Source of the DNA: Candidatus Electronema halotolerans
GTDB lineage: Bacteria > Desulfobacterota > Desulfobulbia > Desulfobulbales > Desulfobulbaceae
Assembly (NCBI GenBank): GCA_942493095.1
Contig: OW818675.1
Location: 900,001-932,000, forward strand
Direction: 5' to 3'
Length of the DNA stretch: 32,000 nucleotides
Position 1 is the stretch's first letter, and each line of letters starts with the position of its first letter. The notes under the pieces were generated by a model. It had not been told where the DNA came from. It did not search any database and saw nothing but the letters and a program-made list of their open reading frames with translations. Below, in pieces: positions 24,960 to 32,000 of the stretch. A program made the position numbers and the translations under genes.

Positions 24960-26528
24960 ATGCTGCCGGATATCCTGCTGGTTTCAGATCAGCCTGAGCT
25001 TTGTCAGCAGCTGACTGATATATTGGATGACTATGATGTTGACTGCTGCCATTCCTCGGAAGCGTCAAGAATCTGCGTGCATCAGCCGGTCAGGGTCATT
25101 CTGGTCGCGGAAGACTTGGGCGGTCTCAGCGGCATTGAACTCTTTGACAGTCTGCGGGAAAGCCGCCCAGGCGTGCTTGGCTTTCTGATTGTTGAGAAAG
25201 GCGACATCTCCGAATTATGTCCGGCAGCAATGGAGTGCGGCTTTTCCGGGCTGCTTTCTTGGCCGCTTGATCCTGAGCAGGTGCGCGGCAAAGTCAGCCG
25301 GGCTATGGAGGCGGCGGCCCTGCGGGAGGAGAATTCCCGACTGCGCGCCCTGCTGCCGCTCTATGGGCTGGGCGAAAATTTCCTCGGCTCCACCAACCAG
25401 GCCAACGTGCTGGAAAGCCTGCTTGATGTCATTGCCGACCAGACTGCGGCGGACAGCCTCTCGGTCATGCTCTACAACGAGCTGGAAGGGGTGCTGCGCA
25501 TCGCCGCATCGCGGGGCATTCCTGAAGAAATGATTCCGAACATCAAGATCAAGCCGGGCGACAAGATCGCAGGCCGGGTCTTTGAGGAGCGCAGGCCGGT
25601 CATTCTCAATCAGGAAACCCAGAACGACTCCCGTTTTGCGGATCTGCTCAAGCGGCCTGAAATCGTTTCCGCTGTTTCCTTCCCCATGATCGTCCGGGAC
25701 CGGATTCTCGGCGTGCTCAATGTCAGCTACACGGACGGCGACATCCGCTTTGCCGATTCAGACATTGAAATCCTCGGCATTCTCAGCACGCAGGCCGCCT
25801 TGGCCTTGGAGAACATCCGCACCAAGGAGGCCATGATCCAAGAGGCCCGCCTGCAAGGTCTGCTGGAGCAGTATGTGGCCCCGGAAGTGGCCGAGCTGCT
25901 TTTGGCCAGTGATGCCAATCTGATCAAGGGACTGGGCGAAGTCAAACGGGCCACGGTCCTCTTTGCTGACATCCGCAACTTCACCGGCATGGTCCAGCAG
26001 CTCCCTCTGCCGGTGCTGCGAGATTTTCTCAACGAATTCTTCCAAGTTTTCACGGAGACGATTTTTGAATACCGGGGCACGGTTGACAAATTCATGGGCG
26101 ATGCGGTGCTGGCCGTCTTTGGTGCCCTGATTGAGCTGGACAACGCCTCTTGGACTGCCGTGGAGACCGCCTTGGCCATCCGGGAACGCTTTGCCGTCCT
26201 GAAAGCGGAATGGATGCAGCGGGATGACTTTTTCGCCTCCATTGATCTTGGTTTCGCTGTCACCTGCGGCGAAATGTTCATGGGCAATGTCGGCTCCGAC
26301 CGGCGGCTGGATTACACTGTGATCGGCACGGAAGTCAACATTGCCCAGAGATTGGCCTCAGCAGCGACAACCTGTAAAATTTACATCACAGATGAAGTGC
26401 GCGAGGAGCTGATCAGGCGGCGGGACAGAAAGGTCACGCTGCTCGATCTTGGCGAAATGACTTTGAAAGGCGTGCATTATTCCGTCAGAACCTTCAGTGT
26501 GCTGGGCGTGGAGACGGTCGTTGTTTGA
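24960..26528 (+). CDS. Receiver-like domain / GAF / class III nucleotidyl (adenylate-type) cyclase
   Basis: Cyclase motifs VLFADIRNFT, DKFMGDAVLAVFG and IGTEVNIAQRL. A central GAF-like block (LSVMLYNE...RIAASRGI...). N-terminal CheY-like fold with degenerate residues. Confidence 0.88.
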   Translation: MLPDILLVSDQPELCQQLTDILDDYDVDCCHSSEASRICVHQPVRVILVAEDLGGLSGIELFDSLRESRPGVLGFLIVEKGDISELCPAAMECGFSGLLSWPLDPEQVRGKVSRAMEAAALREENSRLRALLPLYGLGENFLGSTNQANVLESLLDVIADQTAADSLSVMLYNELEGVLRIAASRGIPEEMIPNIKIKPGDKIAGRVFEERRPVILNQETQNDSRFADLLKRPEIVSAVSFPMIVRDRILGVLNVSYTDGDIRFADSDIEILGILSTQAALALENIRTKEAMIQEARLQGLLEQYVAPEVAELLLASDANLIKGLGEVKRATVLFADIRNFTGMVQQLPLPVLRDFLNEFFQVFTETIFEYRGTVDKFMGDAVLAVFGALIELDNASWTAVETALAIRERFAVLKAEWMQRDDFFASIDLGFAVTCGEMFMGNVGSDRRLDYTVIGTEVNIAQRLASAATTCKIYITDEVREELIRRRDRKVTLLDLGEMTLKGVHYSVRTFSVLGVETVVV

Positions 26529-26670
26529 TTCATGCCGCATCAAGTCCTTGGACAAGGAAATTGGACTTGACGCAGTTCTTATGGTACATTGTAGCTGTTG
26601 CAACTATGATTACAAGGGCGGCGGGAAGGACTGCCCTTGTTGAGATGAACTATGCGTGAAAGGAACAAAC

Positions 26671-27204
26671 ATGCAGAAACAAAAAATCTGTCTCTCCCTG
26701 CTGGCTGCTGCGGTATCCATCACCTTTTTTCAACAGGATGTTTCCGCTCAGGCAACCAGAGCGGAAGCGATTGCGGCGGCAAAAGATAAAAAGAGCAACC
26801 GAACCTATCGCAGCACCCCTACCGGAGAAGGCGCGCTCACCCCGGAAATGATCGAGCGCTGCATTCGTCTGAACATGGAAGTTGATGCCAGCTATGCTGC
26901 CATTGGCAAGGCCAAGGAAGAATTTGACGCGCTGAACAAGGAGCTGAATGATCTCAGCGAAAAGCTGCAGGCGGCCAAGGAGGAGGTTGACCGAAGCGGC
27001 ACCTCGGCCCGCAAGGAGTATGATTCAAAGGTCGTCTATTACAATTCCCGGCTGCCTGAACTGGATAAGCAGCTGGAAGTGTACAAAAAAATGGTCAAGA
27101 CCTATCAGGGCAAAAGTGACAAGTTTGATCGGGAATGCAATGGTCAGCCCTACTATGAGGATGATTACGCAGAGATGGTCAAAAAATTGGGTCGCGGCAT
27201 GTGA
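26671..27204 (+). CDS. Secreted coiled-coil protein of unknown function
   Basis: ATG 26671 after AAAGGAAC. Signal peptide ending VSAQA. Heptad-rich [25 protein letters not shown]. The stop overlaps the dut start (ATGTGATG). Confidence 0.55.
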   Translation: MQKQKICLSLLAAAVSITFFQQDVSAQATRAEAIAAAKDKKSNRTYRSTPTGEGALTPEMIERCIRLNMEVDASYAAIGKAKEEFDALNKELNDLSEKLQAAKEEVDRSGTSARKEYDSKVVYYNSRLPELDKQLEVYKKMVKTYQGKSDKFDRECNGQPYYEDDYAEMVKKLGRGM

Positions 27205-27677
27205 TGCAGGCAGTTGCTGTTCAGTTCTGCTGGCTCCTGCCGCCTGCGGAACGTGATCTCCCCCTTCCTGAATACGCCTCTGCTCAGGCGGCAGGCATGG
27301 ATGTTGCCGCCGCCTTGCGGGTTGAATGTGTTCTCCAGCCCAACGCTGTATCCCTCATTCCGACCGGCTTGGCCGCCGCCCTGCCAGACGGCTTTGAACT
27401 CCAGGTGCGGCCCCGTTCCGGTTTGGCAATCAAGCATGGCATCACAGTTGTCAATGCCCCTGGCACCATTGATGCCGATTACCGGGGCGAAATCAAAATC
27501 GGCCTGATCAATCTTGGTCAGGAGCCGTTCACCATCCGCCGGGGCGACCGCATCGCCCAGCTCGTGCTAGCCCCGGTCTGCCGGGCTGTCCTCCAAGTTG
27601 TCAGCAGTCTGGAGGCGACAGAGCGAGGCAGCGGCGGCTTTGGTCATACTGGTTTGCAGGCAAAACCAGTCACTTGA
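27204..27677 (+). CDS. dut: dUTP diphosphatase
   Basis: [25 protein letters not shown] and the C-terminal [10 protein letters not shown] motif. GTG 27201 is an alternative start. Confidence 0.92.
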   Translation: MQAVAVQFCWLLPPAERDLPLPEYASAQAAGMDVAAALRVECVLQPNAVSLIPTGLAAALPDGFELQVRPRSGLAIKHGITVVNAPGTIDADYRGEIKIGLINLGQEPFTIRRGDRIAQLVLAPVCRAVLQVVSSLEATERGSGGFGHTGLQAKPVT

Positions 27678-28413
27678 ACAGCGGGGTCTTGAGCAGGCCC
27701 ATCTTGGCCAGCCGGAACTGCAAGGCCGTGTTCAGGCAGCCAAAGCCATAGCGCACTGATCTCTTGAAGTTGATCGACGACGCTTGGGGAAAGTATTTGG
27801 TCGGACAGGTGATTTCCGCAACTGTGAAGCCCTGCCAGATAATCTGGGCCAGCATTTGATTGTCAAAAACAAAATCATCAGAATTTGTCGCCAAATCAAG
27901 CGATTCGAGGAGCGGTCCAGCAAAGGCCCGGTAGCCAGTGTGATATTCTGACAGCTTTGCTTGCAGAAAAATGTTGGCGAAAAGGGTCAGAAAACGGTTG
28001 GCAAGATACTTCCACCACGGCATCCCGTCACGCAGGGCATAGCCGCCGAGAATGCGGGAGCCAAGCACGCAGGAATAAAGGCCGTTGCCGATCAGCGAGG
28101 CCATAGCTGGAATCAGCTTGGGGGTGTATTGATAATCCGGGTGAACCATGATGATGATATCGCCGCCCGCTTCCAGCGCGGCTTTGTAGCAGGTCTTCTG
28201 GTTGGCCCCATAGCCCCGGTTTTCAGGATGCAGGATCACCTGCACCTTATCCAGCTTTTTTGCAACCGCAACTGTGCTGTCTGAGCTGGCATCATCGACC
28301 AGAATAATGAGGTCAACAATCTCCTGCGCCATTATCTCCTGATATGTCTGCGTCACAGTTTTTTCCGCATTGTAAGCCGGCATGACGACAATGACACGAA
28401 GTCCCTTGTACAC
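27670..28413 (-). CDS. Family 2 glycosyltransferase (polyprenyl-phosphate sugar synthase-like)
   Basis: GTG start after [21 protein letters not shown] ... LVDDASSD ... typical GT2 DxD context. 247 aa. Confidence 0.88.
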   Translation of the reverse strand: MYKGLRVIVVMPAYNAEKTVTQTYQEIMAQEIVDLIILVDDASSDSTVAVAKKLDKVQVILHPENRGYGANQKTCYKAALEAGGDIIIMVHPDYQYTPKLIPAMASLIGNGLYSCVLGSRILGGYALRDGMPWWKYLANRFLTLFANIFLQAKLSEYHTGYRAFAGPLLESLDLATNSDDFVFDNQMLAQIIWQGFTVAEITCPTKYFPQASSINFKRSVRYGFGCLNTALQFRLAKMGLLKTPLFK

Positions 28414-28432
28414 TTCTGATTACCCCCTCTTG

Positions 28433-29860
28433 TTACTTTTCTGTCTTGGCTGTATTTTTATAAAGCCGCATTGATGCCAGCGAGGTTTTGACTTCTTGCA
28501 GCAGCATGGTCGTTGCGTCTGGTTTGCAATGATCAAATGAGGTGGTGATCACATAATCAGCCTCACTGCTGCCGCAGCCCAGCACGGTCTCGTAGTTGAA
28601 GGCTGAATATCCTGCTCTCTTGTCCATCAGTCCATGCGCGACCGGGAAATCCGCTCCGATAATCGCTGAAGCATCGGCCTGTTGATTCAGGCGCGTGACA
28701 ATCTCCTTTTGCGCGGCAACAATGTCTGCATAGCCCATGTCCGCATCAATAGTAAAAATGTCTCCTTTGTAATAGAAAAAGGAGACAGCGAGGAAAGGAA
28801 CCAGCAGATAATGCAGGCGGGCTGTTTTGAAATTATTGATGAGATACATAAGCTGCGCGGCAATCAGACAGCAGAGCACGGGCATGACCAAGAGGATGTA
28901 GCGGGCTAAATGAAAATTCAGGGCAGAAACTGCCAAAGCAACAGCTATGTAGAGAAGAATTATCATAACCGGCGACCGTTCAGGCTCTGATGCGATGAAA
29001 GCGGCTGCTTTTTCTTTCAGCATCCTGATGTTGCTGGGCAAGAAAAGAACCGAAGCTGCAATAGTCACAGCAGTCCACAAATACCGCCCCTGTCCTTTGC
29101 CAAGAAAACTTAGGTAATAGCTGATGCGGGGAATAATATCTTGCAAGGAGAAAGAAACATAACCTGTATGCAGGGGAAAGAAAAACCAGCCGTTCTGCAT
29201 TTTTTGAATCAGGAGAAAAATTCCCCAGACAAACAGAGGAACTGAGGTCAGGCCAAGTTCGGTCAATTTTTTTCTGCTGATGCCATTGCGCAGCATTGTC
29301 AGCAGAATCGGCAGACCCAAGCTGACCGGCAGCACCACTGCTGTTTCTTTGGTGAGAATGGCAAGACTTGAACAAAGAGCAACCAACCCGAACCGCTCTT
29401 GCAGATACGCATATATGGCCGCTGTGCAGAAGAAGGCCAGCATGATCTCAGGCAGCACCATGCTGGACTGGGCTATGAACACCGGCTGCACCGCAAGCAG
29501 GGCGCAGGCAAGCAGAGCAGTCTTGTGATCGAACAAATACCGCGCCAATCTGTAGAGCAGCAGGAGCAGGCCGCAGCTCCACAGCAAGGCCACGAGATGG
29601 CCAGCCCAGACCTGCGGCCCCAATATTCTGTATCCTATGGCAAAAATGACGGCGCATAACAGGGGATGTCCGCGTGACAGCTCCGGGGGAATGGCATTTG
29701 GCAGCAAGCTGATTTGATGATCAAACATCTGGAGAGCAGCCCGTGAATACACTCCCAGCTCATCCCAGAAATAGGGCATATCTAAGTGATTCAGCTTGAA
29801 GAGAAAAAAAAGCGCGATCAGCAGATAAATGGAATGTCGTTGCTTGAGGTTTGAAAGCAT
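28433..29860 (-). CDS. Polytopic GT-C-type glycosyltransferase (ArnT/PMT-like)
   Basis: 475 aa with more than 10 hydrophobic segments. Acidic first-loop motif YFWDELGVY. The C-terminal soluble region is periplasmic-like. Confidence 0.72.
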   Translation of the reverse strand: MLSNLKQRHSIYLLIALFFLFKLNHLDMPYFWDELGVYSRAALQMFDHQISLLPNAIPPELSRGHPLLCAVIFAIGYRILGPQVWAGHLVALLWSCGLLLLLYRLARYLFDHKTALLACALLAVQPVFIAQSSMVLPEIMLAFFCTAAIYAYLQERFGLVALCSSLAILTKETAVVLPVSLGLPILLTMLRNGISRKKLTELGLTSVPLFVWGIFLLIQKMQNGWFFFPLHTGYVSFSLQDIIPRISYYLSFLGKGQGRYLWTAVTIAASVLFLPSNIRMLKEKAAAFIASEPERSPVMIILLYIAVALAVSALNFHLARYILLVMPVLCCLIAAQLMYLINNFKTARLHYLLVPFLAVSFFYYKGDIFTIDADMGYADIVAAQKEIVTRLNQQADASAIIGADFPVAHGLMDKRAGYSAFNYETVLGCGSSEADYVITTSFDHCKPDATTMLLQEVKTSLASMRLYKNTAKTEK

Positions 29861-29881
29861 TTTTTCAATTGCTGCGGGAGC

Positions 29882-32000
29882 TTATTGGCCTTGAGCCGTT
29901 TTCGGCAGTTCAATAATCAGCACTTCGCTGTTTTCAAAGCCTTTGCGGAAACGTGGATCAGAGCGCAGGTCGCGGACAAAATAATCAGGATAGACCCCCA
30001 AGTTGGTGATGTTTTCATCTACCGGGGCAATGAGCAGCTTTTTGACCACCACTGCGCCAATGCGGAACCGGCGCAGCAGGGCAAGGCGCTGGGTGTTGTC
30101 GGCCCGCCAGAAGTCCCGCAGATGATAATTCAAATACCATTCATGGGGAACTGGAAAAAGCCGGTAGTTTCCTTCTGGATACATGAAAATTTTCGGCGGA
30201 ACAGGCGGATTGCGCCGCAGCCAGGCAATCGCCTCCTGCAAGGCTGGACTGATTTGGCGAAGATTGTATGTTTTAGCCAGCACATAGCCGCCTTGCAGGA
30301 AGGCAAGAGCTGCAATCAGGGTGATCAGCCATTTGGGCCGGGGCAGGCAGACGGTCCGCTCGGCGATGGGCAGGAGAAGAAATGGCAGGCCGGGCAGGAA
30401 AAAACGGGCATCCGGCGCGCTGGCAAGAAACGCGGCGGCCAGCAGAGTGTAGGACAGCCCGACTCCCCAGAGCCAGATGCTTGAATCTTGGGCTGGCTGG
30501 CGGCAGCGCAAACCCAGCAGCTGCAAGATGGCAGCGGCAATTCCGGCCAGCACCAAGAGCCAGAGCAGCAGGCCGCCATAAATGAAATAATTGGCTGTGA
30601 TCCGCAGATCACCAGGATGATTGGCAATGATAGAAGCCTTGCGTTCTGAGATCACCGGCTTTTTTTTGGCAGATGCAGCTTTGTGCTTGTGAGCGGGCTG
30701 AAGTGATGTATTCGCCGCGTGCGCCTCCGGCCATACTCTTTTCACGATCTGGTGGAATTTTTCCATAGGATAAAAAGGCGAGCCTGTTTCCTTATGGATG
30801 GCCGCGCCTAATCCCCAGGTGCAAAGGCCGATCAGGACAAATGAACAGGCGCAGATTGCGGCTGTTCTGAGCAGACTGGTCCGCTGGATGGTCCAAATCA
30901 GCAGGCAGAGGAAAAAGGCGGGGAAAAAGAGAATTGCGCTGACTTTCACGCCCAAGGCAAAGGCCATGAACAGGGTTGCCGCCAGCCAGCGGTTTTTTCG
31001 CAGCAAATAAAAGGCGGTCATGGCCTGCGCGGTCATGGGCACGTCCTGATAAAAGGTGACGGAAAAAATCAGGGTCATGGGCAGACTGGCCAAGATCAGC
31101 AGATAGGGCATGGCCGCTCTGGTCTCAACCCCGCCCCGGCTGCGGGCCAAGAGATAGGCGATGCCGAGGAACTGAATCAGATACAGGGCTTGATAGAACT
31201 GCACTGCGGCAAAGGAGCCGTGGGCGAGCCGGAAGAACACCGCCCCCAGATAATGCCAGAGAAAGGAATGCGGATAGGTCCGCTTTTCGGCATGGCCCCA
31301 GCCTGTGGGAATTTCAGCCGTGAAATTGGCTTTTGACAGCACCTTGGCCTGCTGTTCCAGCATGTAATAGTGAGTGACTTCATCGCCGACCATGACCTGC
31401 GGCGCAGCCATGCCTGTCCAGAAAACACCGAGTGCGGCGGCCAGAATGATCAGCGGCGCGCCCAATGTTGTGCCTCTGGCTGGACGGCGGCAGAGCCGCT
31501 GCCACTGTTCCATGAGCTTCTGCTGGAAACGGTGGCCATCTGTCTCTTCCGGCTTCATTTCCATGCCTTCCAGTTTGCTGATCCGCCGCAGCAGGGCGCG
31601 CTGATTCTTCTCCAGTTCAGAAATGGTGATGGAAAAATGAAACACTAAGAGCAGGAGAAAGGCGATGAACAGACCGGCTGCTGCTGCGCCGTAATGCACG
31701 CCCAGCAGGCTGGGAAAGGAACGGAGCAGATTGGGAAACAGGGCAGTGAGCAGGACAATCAGGCTGACCGTGCTCCATGTCAGGCCGTAGCGTTTTTGCA
31801 GGCCGGTTTTCAGCCATGCGGAAATGGTGAGGAAGAGCAGGGACAGACTGAAGAAAATCGCAATCAGGCGGATGCGGAAGGCTGGGTCAAGGCCGCCGAT
31901 GAAGCGGGCCAGACTTTCCTCCAAGGCCACTGCGGCCATGAACAGGCCGGCGAGCAGGCCCAGGAGGCCGCCGAATCGGTTGATCCGCCGGTCCCAGAGC
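29882..32000 (-). CDS. Large polytopic GT-C-type glycosyltransferase with an extra N-terminal 4-TM plus coiled-coil module; 5' end lies outside the window
   Basis: The frame stays open upstream of ATG 31939 to the window edge. GDEVTHYY acidic loop motif. Many TM segments. The N-terminal part ends in ISELEKNQRALLRRISKLEG. Confidence 0.7.
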   Translation of the reverse strand, partial: LWDRRINRFGGLLGLLAGLFMAAVALEESLARFIGGLDPAFRIRLIAIFFSLSLLFLTISAWLKTGLQKRYGLTWSTVSLIVLLTALFPNLLRSFPSLLGVHYGAAAAGLFIAFLLLLVFHFSITISELEKNQRALLRRISKLEGMEMKPEETDGHRFQQKLMEQWQRLCRRPARGTTLGAPLIILAAALGVFWTGMAAPQVMVGDEVTHYYMLEQQAKVLSKANFTAEIPTGWGHAEKRTYPHSFLWHYLGAVFFRLAHGSFAAVQFYQALYLIQFLGIAYLLARSRGGVETRAAMPYLLILASLPMTLIFSVTFYQDVPMTAQAMTAFYLLRKNRWLAATLFMAFALGVKVSAILFFPAFFLCLLIWTIQRTSLLRTAAICACSFVLIGLCTWGLGAAIHKETGSPFYPMEKFHQIVKRVWPEAHAANTSLQPAHKHKAASAKKKPVISERKASIIANHPGDLRITANYFIYGGLLLWLLVLAGIAAAILQLLGLRCRQPAQDSSIWLWGVGLSYTLLAAAFLASAPDARFFLPGLPFLLLPIAERTVCLPRPKWLITLIAALAFLQGGYVLAKTYNLRQISPALQEAIAWLRRNPPVPPKIFMYPEGNYRLFPVPHEWYLNYHLRDFWRADNTQRLALLRRFRIGAVVVKKLLIAPVDENITNLGVYPDYFVRDLRSDPRFRKGFENSEVLIIELPKTAQGQ

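Overview
This is a 32-kb GC-rich chromosomal window. Its gene content (rubrerythrin, desulfoferrodoxin, rubredoxin, flavodiiron protein, PerR-like regulator) suggests a strict anaerobe of the sulfate-reducer/Desulfobacterota type. That is inferred from content only; no searches were possible and all family calls rest on motifs I recognise by eye.

Layout:
- 218-6047 (+): RND efflux pump, outer-membrane factor and two META-domain lipoproteins. No adaptor (MFP) gene is adjacent, and the leader is unusually structured.
- 6058-7988 (-): cysE-cysK.
- 8227-8703 (+): orphan gene.
- 8771-12568 (-): 1265-aa CBS/PAS hybrid histidine kinase with a 34-bp perfect palindrome inside its REC-Hpt linker.
- 12767-17942: a visibly AT-richer insertion-sequence graveyard. 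An orphan gene is split by an IS630-like element, which is itself split by an IS1-family element. These are followed by a 95-aa orphan ORF, a truncated second IS1 copy, an 18-bp tandem duplication, a MITE-like unit with 34-bp inverted repeats, and an intact IS5-like element.
- 18072-19690 (-): purC and adk.
- 19938-24773 (+): oxygen-defence cluster. It comprises a perR-like gene overlapping rbr, then dfx-ahpC, then a 52-aa rubredoxin (missing from the ORF track), an M28 peptidase and a flavodiiron protein.
- 24960-26528 (+): REC-like/GAF/class III cyclase.
- 26671-27677 (+): secreted coiled-coil protein coupled to dut.
- 27670-32000 (-): GT2 plus two GT-C membrane glycosyltransferases; the last one runs off the window.

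I saw no tRNA/rRNA genes, CRISPR array, prophage or hallmark genes of known defence systems.

The most unusual observations are:
- a pair of related perfect palindromes, one of them inside a coding region;
- a Fur/PerR-like regulator fused to a Cys-rich winged-helix domain;
- a Cys-rich insertion in desulfoferrodoxin;
- an RND operon with META lipoproteins instead of an adjacent adaptor;
- the fully reconstructable nested transposition that inactivated an orphan gene.

None of these is proven to be a new system; each is offered as a testable lead.
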